NCBI RefSeq assembly: GCF_018977255.1
Contig: NW_024704742.1
Coordinates: 87,794,001 to 87,858,000 of the forward strand
Direction of reading: 5' to 3'
Length of the DNA: 64,000 bases
Origin: Callorhinchus milii
Lineage: Eukaryota
Shown: positions 39,110 to 49,848 of the stretch, piece after piece
Position numbering within the stretch: the first letter of the stretch is position 1
Layout of the letters: every line of letters starts with the position of its first letter
The notes under the pieces: model-generated
Told to the model about the DNA's origin: nothing
What the model saw: the letters and a program-made list of their open reading frames with translations, nothing else
Database searches by the model: none
Position numbers and translations under genes: made by a program

Positions 39110-39331
39110 TATATCCATGGACCAAAATGGAGCTGCTATTGGAAAATCTAGAATAGCTGAGGTCCAAATGCCGGTGGGAATTGCTGTGGATTGGATCTAC
39201 AAGCACATTTACTGGACTGATGTGGAAACTAAAACGATATCTGTGGCTACCTTCGATGGAACTAAGATGAAGATTCTTTTTGACTCTGACCTAAGGGAAC
39301 CAGCTTCTGTAGCACTTGATCCACTATCAGG
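39110..39331 (+). CDS. VLDLR: VLDLR exon 11, YWTD repeats
   Basis: ...[17 protein letters not shown]...[14 protein letters not shown]; 222 nt, phase 2-2. Confidence 0.95.
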
Positions 39332-40260
39332 GTACTGCAAATTTTGTTGTATGTCATCTAGTTTCTGTTAAGGAATGTTCTTTGGGTGAACAGTTAAAAT
39401 GGCACTAATCTTGCCTGGATGCAACTCCAGACCCAGCACCCCCTCTTGTCTGTTGTTACACTTTGTCTTTCATTTGTGATGAGACATTGCAAATTGGATG
39501 CTTTTAACATGTTACACTGTACACAAGTCTTGAATTCTGTTGATTTTGAATTTCAAGTTGATGGATCACAACATGATGAAGCACTATTTCAAATGCAAGG
39601 ATGATTATCATCACCCTACATCGATACTTCAACGATGCATGAAGACTTTCTCCCTGTCAACTAGCTTGCATTCCCCTCCTAACTGGCTGTTCTCATTATA
39701 GAACACAGCTGGAACAGATTTAGCTGCTGTTAACAATTCACCTCATTTTCAATGAGTGAAGCACTGATTTAGATGATGTAGGTTGCTCAAATTACACTGA
39801 AAATATCCTGCAAATGCTGGAAATGTCAAAATGAGATTCTTTTCAGCTTTTGACACCCCATCAAAATCTTAAGCAAGTTCTGCTTGCACCTTCTAAGATG
39901 TATATGCATGTGATGCATTCTGCTTTTCACAAAACTGCATACATCCTACAAATTGTAGCTGATCTTGACCTGATGTGGTTTACATACAGTTTTGCCTGCA
40001 AAATGGTCCATTCACTTTACAGTATATTCTGTGAATCACTTTGAGAGGTCTAGAAGCTAGATGCTATATCAAATAGAAGGATTATTATTACCGGTCTGTA
40101 TACAGGGTCCTGCACATGAGACCTGTCTGATGTGCAGCTGACTCCATTTTAAAGCTGTATTTACACCATTGGCTTATTTAGTACAAAGTCTTTTTTTTAA
40201 ATTGCATCCCCTTGATAGCTAAAGATAATCACATTTACTTGTTTTACTTTTTTTAAAAAG

Positions 40261-40379
40261 GTTTATTTACTGGTCAGATTGGGGTGAACCAGCAAAAATT
40301 GAGAAAGCTGGAATGAATGGTGTTGATCGTCAACTTCTGGTTTCCACAAATATTCAGTGGCCAAATGGCATTGCACTTG
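40261..40379 (+). CDS. VLDLR: VLDLR exon 12, YWSD repeat
   Basis: [39 protein letters not shown]; 119 nt. Confidence 0.96.
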
Positions 40380-40466
40380 GTAAGTGTATTGAATGAAAGT
40401 ACTTTTATTTAAGTTTATGCTTCCAATAAATAGATCAAATTTACAATGTTCCAACATTTTTGACAG

Positions 40467-40606
40467 ATCTTGTGAAAAGCCGACTTTATTGGGTTGATTC
40501 AAAGTTGCACACCTTGTCAAGTGTGGACCTCAATGGTGGGGACAGAAGGAGAGTGCTCCTGTCACAGAGATTCCTTGCTCATCCTTTTGCTGTTGCTGTG
40601 TTTGAG
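40467..40606 (+). CDS. VLDLR: VLDLR exon 13, YWVD repeat
   Basis: [47 protein letters not shown]; 140 nt. Confidence 0.96.
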
Positions 40607-41646
40607 GTAAGGCATTAAATGTTTAAATCATTTTATTAGAGGCAGCAGCCTTCAATTAAGTATTCAATTTTCTGTATTAAAGTTTGAGTGAGACTGAAGT
40701 ACATCAACAAATTGGATGTCAATTTGAGCAAAAGGAATCTGAAGTTAAATTGAGGAATATGGGGGGGAGAAAGTTGATTAGCAGTTGTGTATGGTGGGCT
40801 AAATGGCCCTTCTATTGCAGTAAATTCCTGATAACTTGATCCTATCTTAACTTGTCACCACTACTTAAGTATTGAATGCTGTCTATCAACTGCATTTTGT
40901 ATTTATACATGTGCTTAACTTGCTCTTTAACTCATCACTTGGTATGTTGAGTTATCAGCAGTTTACTGTACATTACCTGGTTTTGACATTTCTATCTGGG
41001 GCATGAATTGCTGCTTCGCTGTTAGTTATTAATGCACATTGCAATTTAGCAACTTTCTACTTAAAATAATCTAACCTTGTGGGTATATACATGACTGCTT
41101 TCAGTATTATTACATTCCCAAAACAAGTGTTTTTTTAAATTATAATATCCAAGGGAGGGGCAGCTAGATTTAGACAGGAAATGTCTCCCATCAGAATTGC
41201 ACCTCAAAGCTTTTTTGTCTTCCATAACACCATATCTCTAGTGATTTACACTTATGTAGCACCCTCCACGCAGGGTAGTGTCTCAGAGCACAGAGTCAAA
41301 AGACCAGTGACAGGGGGGAAAATAATTCCTCTCCAGCTCACAAAAATGCAGTTAGCAAACCAACATGAGCATTACTCCACATCCCCTTGTACACTGCTAA
41401 ACCACCTTGTCATCACAGGGCAGCTTAGACTCCAGCCTGTTACTGCTTTTTTTATTTCTCCCCCCTGTTGCCTTTCTTAAATTGTGTAATGGCTGAACTT
41501 GAGTAAAATAATGAAAGGCTACTGCTACTTGTAGACTTGCTTAACCAATCTAAGGAAGGGATGTGAGATCTTTTATTTCCATGAGCATATGTGGGTCTTA
41601 TGTATTTCTTAGTAGTTGGATTACTTTAACACAATGGTCCTTCCAG

Positions 41647-41788
41647 GATCAGGCCTTCTGGACTGATGGAGAAAATGAAGCCATCTATGGAGCCAACAAG
41701 TTCACAGGCGAGGACGTGACAATATTGGCCTCCAATTTAAACGAACCTCAAGACATCATAATTTATCATCAACTAGTTCAGGCACCTG
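41647..41788 (+). CDS. VLDLR: VLDLR exon 14, FWTD repeat
   Basis: [47 protein letters not shown]; 142 nt. Confidence 0.96.
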
Positions 41789-41984
41789 GTAAGCAAACTG
41801 CACCTGCTAGAGGGTTCTTATAGTTCACTATTGGGCAGTAGACTACTTCAAAGTTAGCTCAAGGGCATCAACTATCAGCTTCTTCTGTGATGTTAGGCAT
41901 TCAGGATCAGCTGGTTCTGAGTACTGTACTACATAAAGCAGCAGGACTATATCCACTTAAAATAGTCTATCGTAGTCTTCAGTT

Positions 41985-42413
41985 ATGTGGAGATTAGAGG
42001 CTGGGATTGTTCACCTTAGAGCAGAGAAGGTTAAAGGGAGATTTAATAGAGTTGTTAAAAATTATGATGGTTTTGGCAGAATCCATAAGGAGAAATTGTT
42101 TCCACTGTCAGGTGGGTTAGGTAACCAGAGAATACCGATTTAAAAATAATTGGCAAAAGAACTAGAGAGGAGATGAGGAGAACTTTTTTTTAAAAAAAAA
42201 CAGTGAATTATGATCTGGAATGCAGTGCCTGAAAAGGTGGTGGAAGCAGATTCAATAACTTTCAAATGAATTGGGTGTATACTTGAACATAGAAAAATTG
42301 CAAGGCTTTGGGGAAAGAGCAGGAGAGTGGGACTAGTTGGTTAGCTCTTTCAAAGAGTCAGCACAGGCACAATGGGCTGAATGGCCTCCTGTGCAGTAGG
42401 ATTCTATGATTCT
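41985..42413 (+). mobile_element. CR1-clade LINE 3' end (similar pieces near 7190-7560, 12220-12350, 19610-19770, 33220-33445; minus-strand pieces near 37770-37900, 52900-53060, 63205-63260)
   Basis: GLFTLEQRRLKGDLIE-type ORF2 end, GGGCTGAATGGCCTCCT, and an ATTCTATG octamer-type tail characteristic of CR1. Confidence 0.8.
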
Positions 42414-42438
42414 GAGTGCAGTTTTATTCCTTTTGCAG

Positions 42439-42588
42439 GCAAAAACTGGTGCAATGGCAGCTTGCCAGATGGTGGTTGTGACTACCTATGTCTCCCTGCC
42501 CCTCAAATAAGTAGCCTTTCTCCAAAATACACTTGTGTGTGTCCATCAGGAGATGAGCTGCAGGAGGATGGCCAGCACTGTAGAATGG
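42439..42588 (+). CDS. VLDLR: VLDLR exon 15, EGF-C
   Basis: [49 protein letters not shown]; 150 nt. Confidence 0.96.
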
Positions 42589-43262
42589 GTATGTATGAAG
42601 CTCTTTCTCCAGGACAAAGATCTGGGCATAGCTAATGTTCTAACAAGCCATTGAAATTCTACTTTAACTAGAGTACCCTTTTGTCAAATGAGACTTGTTA
42701 CAATACATAACACAACTTAAATTTAGTGTTTGGGGGCAAGGGGAATAAAAGCAGGGTAGAACACAAGAAAATCTATTGACTTCCCCTCAAAGCTTCATTC
42801 CAGTAAGCTTATGAAGATGTATGTGAACTGCCTCAGTGGCAGTCTGCCTCAGTTATTGTAAAAGGGTACTTTAAAGGCTTGTGAAGTGCACTATGCTCCA
42901 CTCTTTGTAGCCAGTTGCACAAATTAGGCAATGCTGCTTTTCTTGATGAGATTGAAATGTTGTGCAAAATCTGTAGCTTTGGTTCTATTGTGCATGGCTT
43001 ATCTAAAGCTACAAAGAAATGCATTGCCTCTGTTTTTGGTGCCTAAACACACATTTAAAGGATCCATAGCTATACATAATATTGAAATGAGCATCCTATG
43101 TGTAGTGCTTCCATATTTCAAATTGCTTTCACTCTTCCAGCATTGACCTTTGCTTTTCCATCTTGGAACTACTTACCTATAATCTTCTATAGCAACTGGC
43201 AATTTCAGTGTATTGTCATTTGGTGTATGTCCTGTAATGGTCTTGTTCCTCTTTCTGTTCAG

Positions 43263-43355
43263 CAACTGGAACTACTGAATATACTAAACCCTTGGTTCCC
43301 AGTGGTTCCTCAAAAGATTTTGGTTCCTATGCCACAGTTTTGCCTGGTTCTAGAG
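43263..43355 (+). CDS. VLDLR: VLDLR exon 16, putative O-linked sugar (Ser/Thr-rich) cassette exon
   Basis: Long pyrimidine tract + CAG acceptor, donor G|GTAATG, 93 nt, phase 1-1, open frame ATGTTEYTKPLVPSGSSKDFGSYATVLPGSR at the expected position between EGF-C and TM. Identified by position and composition, not strong homology. Confidence 0.75.
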
Positions 43356-43879
43356 GTAATGCAGAGTTTTAATGGCTCATTGTGGCATGTTTCGCATTGT
43401 ACACAAAATGTAAGTCTTTGCATAGGTTTGAAATGCACCAAACTCCTGCTTGAGTTTATTGTCTTGATGATTTACTGTGATGTGAAAAAGTGCTTTAATT
43501 CAACAATAAACCTGCTCAGCTAGGATGTAGGCAAGGTGGTTCACTTCAATATTCAAGTAAGGGTTGCATTTAGAAATCTGGCAGTAATGATCATGGTTCT
43601 TATCATATTCAGCTTGTCATCATTGGGTTCTGCTTCTTGGTTTGAAAAGCCTCCCTTGCCTTAGTTTTGAGACCAAGGTGAGAAATGGGTATCAGCCTAA
43701 AGCACCAGTAAAGTTGCCAAGAATCCGTTTTAAATCCATGTCAGTCAAAACAGTAACGCTTCCTATTTCATCAATAAATATTTTAACTGGCCAGTAAACA
43801 TTAGCATTGTGAAACTAGCCTTTAATTTTGCCTTAATTCATTTCCTTTAATTCCTCAATCCCTCTCCCCACTTCCATCT

Positions 43880-45213
43880 CCTATCTCCCCATAATCTCTC
43901 TGCTGCCCTGGAGTTATCTGAACTCCTCCCTCTCTGGCCTACCTCCTGTACTGATTTACCTTACCAAATGACATTTTGTCCATCTATGACTCCCTCTGAA
44001 TCTAGGGCTCCCTCTGCCTCCTTGACCTCTCTGCTGCCTTCAAAACTGGATGACTCCATTCTCCTCCACTGCCTCTCCTCTCACCTCAACCTTTGGAGTT
44101 TTGTCCTTGAATGGTTCAGGTCTTATCTCTCACATAGTCTCCAATTTGTCTCTGCCAATGGTTTCTCTTCCAGCCCTGCACTGTGTTGTTCCTCAGGGCT
44201 CTGTCCTTGGTCCCCTTCTCTTCAACCTCTACATGTTCCCCCTTGGTGACATCATCTGCAGACATGGGGTCAACCTCCATACGTATGTGGACGACACCCA
44301 ACTTTATTTCTCTGCCTCCACCCTCGATTCCAGGACAACTGACGTTCTGACACTGTCTGTCTGACATCAAGTCCTGGATGAAAGCCAACTTTCTCTTGCT
44401 GAATGATAGCAAGATTGAGGCTCTCCTGATTGGCTCGCACCAGCACCTCAGGCGCTGGCAGGATCAGCATCTACTGTTGCACCCTCCCTCACCAAGCCAG
44501 TTAGGAACCTGGGCATCTGGTTCAACCCTCAACTGTCCTTTCACCCTCATCCATGCTATGACCTGTTCTGCCTTCCCCCACCTCTACAACATTGCCTAAC
44601 TCCGCCACTGCCTCAACCCTCAGGCTGCCAAAACCCTCATACACACATTCATCAACTCAAAGCACAACTACAGAAACTCCCTCCTTGTCAGCCTTCCCAC
44701 CTCTTCTCTCCACAAGCTGCAGATAATCCAGAACTCTGCAGCTCGTGTCCTCTCCAACACCAGGCTTCGAGACCCCATCACCCCCACCCTCGCCTGGCTC
44801 CTCATTGCTCGGATAGAATTCAAAATCCTCGTCCTCACCTTCAGGGCCTTGCCCCTCTTACATCTCTGACCTGCTGACCCCCAATTAACCTGTCCACTCC
44901 CTCCGCTCAGCAGGTTCCAGCCTGCTCCAGGTCTCCTACCCGACCCACCCTACCATCGGCGGCTGGGCTTTCAGCCTCTGCCCCCACTCTTTGGAACCCC
45001 ATTCCACAATCCCTTTGCCTTGCTGCCTCTCTTGCCTCCTTTCAAGCCATGACTCAAGACCCTCCTTTTTGACCATGCCTTCAGCCGCCCTCCTACCCCC
45101 ACTGCCCTCCCTCATCCCAACCCTGCCCCCCACGCTCAGGTCCTGATCCCTGACTGTTCAGTACCTTGGGACGTTCTTCCAACATGAAAGGCGCTTTACA
45201 AATGTAATGTTGT
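43880..45213 (+). mobile_element. Degraded L2 LINE in VLDLR intron 16, tail abutting the exon 17 acceptor
   Basis: [20 protein letters not shown]; 3' stem-loop at about 45160-45197. Confidence 0.9.
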
Positions 45214-45227
45214 TTATTCTATTACAG

Positions 45228-45308
45228 ATTCAAATTCGAGCGCTAAGGTCAGTCCTGTAAACCAGTCTGGAAAAGCACCAACAGCAGCATGGATAATCCT
45301 TCCTATCT
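45228..45308 (+). CDS. VLDLR: VLDLR exon 17, juxtamembrane region and TM start
   Basis: DSNSSAKVSPVNQSGKAPTAAWIILPI; 81 nt; TTACAG/GTGAGT. Confidence 0.92.
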
Positions 45309-45690
45309 GTGAGTACAACGAGTGAAACTTTTTTTCGTTGTGTCAGCACATAGGCAATTTAACTCCAGGCATATTCTTCAAGCAGTTAATGTATCTTTCA
45401 GAATTAAGCTTATTTTTTTGCATGCAGACAAAACATGAGAACCAAGGTCCTATCTGCCTGTTCAGGTGGATGTTAAAGATCCCATGGCCTTCAAAAAGTG
45501 TCCTATCCAACAATTCGCCTCTAATTTTTAAAAATGGTTTAAACATTTACTTTGTGGGCTATTTTGCTGCTGCTTTCATCAAAAGTCACTGCATCTACAA
45601 TAAATCCTCCTGTGAAGTACTTGAGATGTTTCTCAAAAGATGCAACATCAAATGTAAAGCTTGTATTAATTCTAACTTGTCTCTGTTTAG

Positions 45691-45860
45691 TGCTTTTGGC
45701 AATAGCTGGTGTAGCCGGCTACCTATCATGGCGCAACTGGCAGAGCAAGAACCTGAAGAGCATGAATTTTGACAATCCAGTCTACCTGAAAACAACTGAA
45801 GATGACTTGAACATTGATCTCAATAGACAAGGGCAATCAGTCGGTCATACCTACCCTGCA
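45691..45860 (+). CDS. VLDLR: VLDLR exon 18, TM end and cytoplasmic NPxY motif
   Basis: [56 protein letters not shown]; 170 nt; CTAAC branch-like motif upstream. Confidence 0.97.
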
Positions 45861-46178
45861 GTAAGTAGACATTTGTCTTCAAGTGGAATTTCTACCCCTG
45901 CGTGAACACTTATTCTGTTGGTAAGACCATTTCCTCTCGTGTCTCTCTTCGCCCCCCCCACCCAAAGCCGGTTCTAATGGTATTCAGACTTCTGCTTTGG
46001 TCCTGAGAACACTTCTTATGGGGAAACTTCTCAACAATGTTAACTTCCGGCCTGCCTACTTAATGTATAGCTGTCTCTGCACGGGTGTGTCATTCAGTCC
46101 ATGCCTTGGCTATTGCAGCAATGGAATAATATACTGGCTTGCTTTCAAAATGTAATGCTTTTGCATCTTGTTTATTAG

Positions 46179-46214
46179 ATCTCCATTGTCAAGACAGAAG
46201 ATGACATGGCTTGA
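46179..46214 (+). CDS. VLDLR: VLDLR exon 19 coding part, ISIVKTEDDMA*
   Basis: TTAG acceptor, phase 0, VLDLR-type C-terminus, TGA at 46212-46214. Confidence 0.92.
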   Translation: MSIVKTEDDMA

Positions 46215-46712
46215 TTATTTCAATGTCTTCAGCCCACACAACAGTTTTTGGTAAGATTAATGGTTTCAATAAAATAATGCAAAAAGCCTCAGATGCAGTG
46301 ACATGCATATGTAGTTTATGTGGATGTTCTTGTAATCTATTGATGCAAATGAGATTCTGAGTATGTAAATATTTTGTAAATCCAACTAGTATTCCTCAAT
46401 CTTCAGCATTGAGTGATCTGCAAGCACTTTCACATGAAGACATTAAAGCATGCATTTTCCATATAATCTGTACTAAAACTATGAACCTGTACAAATTTCT
46501 GTAAATACATTGAGTACTTTACTTACTGTGTAAATAATTGTTAATATACATAGGACAGTAACTTTTTGCAATGGTTGAGACAGGAATGGGGTATGAAACT
46601 GCCAAGGATTTATAAGAATTTTATATGTGCCAAAAGACAACTTTATGCTTCTTGTAACTTACAGAAATTGTATCTTGGGAAAGATTTAATGTTGTAAACT
46701 TTTCACATCTGA

Positions 46713-46718
46713 AATAAA
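46713..46718 (+). terminator. Candidate VLDLR polyadenylation signal AATAAA (an earlier AATAAA lies at 46268-46273)
   Basis: AATAAA followed by GT/T-rich sequence at about 46730-46760. Confidence 0.55.
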
Positions 46719-48708
46719 AATGCTGCAAATTGTATTTGTGCATATTTTTACTTTTTTTTTAAAGCCACAGATTTGATACAAGATTTGACTCTGGATACTA
46801 CTCCCATTTAAGGAGCTACTGATTGTCTGCTAATTTCCTTAATTATATAATTTTCCTGGCACCTTGCCACAATCCAAAATCATACACTGCCTACTCTAGC
46901 TGAATACATTTTAAAACTTGAAAATCTAACCACTTCTGTTTTTTAAATTCATTTTATTTTTTTCAAATCTGAACAAAACTGCTGTGCAGTTAGCTGCTGT
47001 GTTTCACACCCAAAATATACAGTCACTACACTTTAGTATATTCTTTAAGATGCCTCATTGATGAGATAAGGCACTATATCAAATGCAAGGATTGTTATTA
47101 TAATAGAATGATAGTACAGAAGCACCATCAATTACAATCTGTAAACTAAGTGAGGATGTGGTTGATATTATGACTATGGTGATAATCTATGGTCTGACCC
47201 CAAGCCCCCCAATAATAATAATCCTTGCATTTGATATAGTGCTTTTCATGTCTTCTAGATGTCTCAAAGTGCTTCACAGAATATACTGTAAAGTGTATTG
47301 ACTGTATATGTGTGGGCAAAACACAGCAGCCAATTGTGCACAGCAGTGTCCCACAAAGTCATGGATTGAAGTGACCAATTTATTTTTTTTGTTTTTCTTG
47401 AGGGATTATTATCAGACATGTGGAGGAAGGAAACTTGCCCAAGGTTTTGCCCTGCCAGGAATCGAACCCAGGTCTCTCCCTTGCAATCATTCTAAAACAA
47501 ATACAGGAAGACAAATACAATAGAGTAGGTCAATAATTGAATGTTTTAGAATGGGAGTGTGGATGGGAGATGGACTAATCAGAGATGTGGGTGGTCACTG
47601 GCCTTGGAGGTAGGGGGGGGGTTGGTGCTCTGACCAACTAGAGGCTGTGTTGCAGCAGACCTTGGTGTGTGGATTAGGGTTGAATAACGCACAATGCTAT
47701 CAATGACAAGCCATGTGGTATTAGCTGGTTAGTCCAGCAGGACCCCAATGCACACTCTAGGGTCACCAACCTGTGCCTAATTCCAGAATTTAGTAAGCAG
47801 GATGTATCCCTCCTGGGTGAGAGGGAAGAGGTAGTGGTGGGAGCGAGTGATGGTACAGAGGTGTGGGAAAGCCAAGTGAGTGAGAACCTGAACATGGGCT
47901 TAATGGTTAACTGAGGATCGAAGGTTTGTAGGCAAACATGGTGGCCAATTTGCATATTTCAGTACAGCTGGGCATGCATAAATAAGTACAGTAAACTCCT
48001 GATAACTCAACCCTGGCTTAACTTGTCACCATCACTCAAAACCATTGTGCTATTAATATCCTGGCTGCATTTATTTATGTATTTATACTTATGTTGCTCT
48101 GGATAATTTGTTGCTGAGCCCTTTTCCCTTGAGTAATTAGTTAACAAATTTATTATATAATAATCCTTGCACTCTATTTTGAGCCTCATCTTCCTGGAAA
48201 CATCTCAAAGAGCTTCACAGGATTTACTATAAGGTGTGTATGAGCTGTGTATTTTGTAGGCAAATGCAACAACCAATTTGCACACAGCAATGTCCCAAAA
48301 CAGCCATGAAATAAAAATGTGCCATGCAGACCTCACATCTCAGTGAATATTTCTCCATTTGTTTCAATCGCTGATCCTCCCATCCCCTGAGGTTAGGTCA
48401 TGTGTTTTCCAACTAGCTGTTAAAGACTGTTTGACAATGGGGTCACTATCACCATAGCAATTCAGCTAAAATCAAGCAGTGCCCAACACTCAGTTCCACC
48501 CCAGATAAAGTGGAAGTCACTCAGCCAGGCAGGTGAAAACATGCAGAGGAACTATGATCTATCTGGGGATTGTTCTCAATATATGTGCAATGTGACAAAA
48601 CAATTCAATTATTTTTCTCTCCTAAGAAAATGCAGAGGTGTTGGGAATGGGCACGACAACAAGAAAGGTTCAAACTCTGAAGTTAGCCACTTACCTTCCT
48701 AGCTGCAG

Positions 48709-48761
48709 ACTAGGTCAACATAATACTATTCTCCTGCTTAATAGTATTATGTTGACCTAGT
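48709..48761. repeat. Perfect 22-bp inverted repeat with 9-nt spacer
   Basis: ACTAGGTCAACATAATACTATT-ctcctgctt-AATAGTATTATGTTGACCTAGT. Confidence 0.95.
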
Positions 48762-48994
48762 TTCAAGATCGAGTTTCTCAAAGGGAGTCACTGCAGAGAA
48801 ACCCCATTCTAAAAATAGATGGGTGGGGGAGAAGGTATCACATTATGTTTTGCCCACAAAATATACATTCAATTCACTTTGTAATATATTCAGTGAAGCA
48901 CTTTGAGACAGCTCAACAATGTGATAAAGTGCTATATCAAATGCAAGGATTATTATTACATCCTGTGGGGATGGAGCAAAGCACACTGTAAAAC

Positions 48995-49370
48995 TGGGGA
49001 GAGGCAGAGAGCAAAAAGGAGCTAAATAAAACAAAGGGGTTAGAGACTTAAAGAAAATAAAAGTGATAGAAAAGGAGGCAAGTGACAGACGGGAATCAGA
49101 AAAAAAAGATAAAACCAAGCAGGTGATAAAAATGTAAATGCATGATTGAAAACAGTTCAAGAACAAGACAGAGAAAGGGAGAAATCCGAGTAAATGAGGG
49201 AAAATGGACAGAGAAAGGGGAAAAGAGATGAATAGAAACAGGGAGAAATGCAGTAAAAGAGGTGAATTGGAACAAAAAAGGAGAGAAAATTAGTAAAAAG
49301 AAATGAACAGGAGAAATAAAGAAAAAGATGGAGAGGAGAGAGAGAAACAAAATGTTTTGGGAAAAGGGAA
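48995..49370 (+). repeat. Purine-rich (A/G) low-complexity tract upstream of KCNV2
   Basis: Strongly strand-asymmetric A/G composition with no fixed period. Confidence 0.75.
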
Positions 49371-49848
49371 CGCAGTACTCACATTCCTGACATTGAGTTA
49401 ATACTGTGTTAATGGCAAGGAGTGAAATTGTGCTCATGTTATACTGTATAGCCAGTGAGAACTCTGTTCTCAGCCCCCAGACTGACAATATCCTCTCACC
49501 CAGCCCTGGGCACAAGCAATAATAAAGACTGAGTGCAAATTGGAGATGTTAGGCAGTGGCTGCCAGGGAAAGCAGCCGAAACGGGATAAATATTTTAAAT
49601 CTTTGCTTAAGCTCCCAGATCCTCTCTGTCAGCACATCAAATGGGATAAGCAGTGCTGAGAGTCCACACTGCTGCTCCACCGAGCAAACTTTCCACTCAC
49701 TCACATAGACACTCACTCAGAAATTCAATCAGTCAGTCATTCACTCTCTCAATCACTCAGTCAATCAGTCACTCACTGACTCTCGACAGTCACCACCCAA
49801 CCTGGGGAGCAAGTTAGAAGCAAAGGGGAGCTGTGAGGGAGAGAAAAA

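Larger units (their letters stand above)
23576..46214 (+). other. VLDLR: VLDLR gene span (19 coding exons; very-low-density lipoprotein receptor / LR8 vitellogenin-receptor type), about 884 aa
   Basis: Exons assembled by hand with GT-AG junctions: 8 LDL-A repeats, EGF-A/B, YWTD propeller, EGF-C, Ser/Thr exon, TM, and tail [13 protein letters not shown]...HTYPAISIVKTEDDMA*. Exon sizes follow the VLDLR pattern and KCNV2 lies next door. Summed CDS is 2654 nt, one short of 2655 (see exon 6). Confidence 0.97.

Noticed and set aside
23576..46214. LDLR or LRP8 identity
   Set aside because: Eight LDL-A repeats, VLDLR-type exon sizes and C-terminus, no LRP8 proline-rich insert, and adjacency to KCNV2 all indicate VLDLR.
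48843..49515. Phe/Leu/Ser-rich minus-strand ORFs resembling membrane proteins
   Set aside because: Artefact of the purine-rich low-complexity tract.
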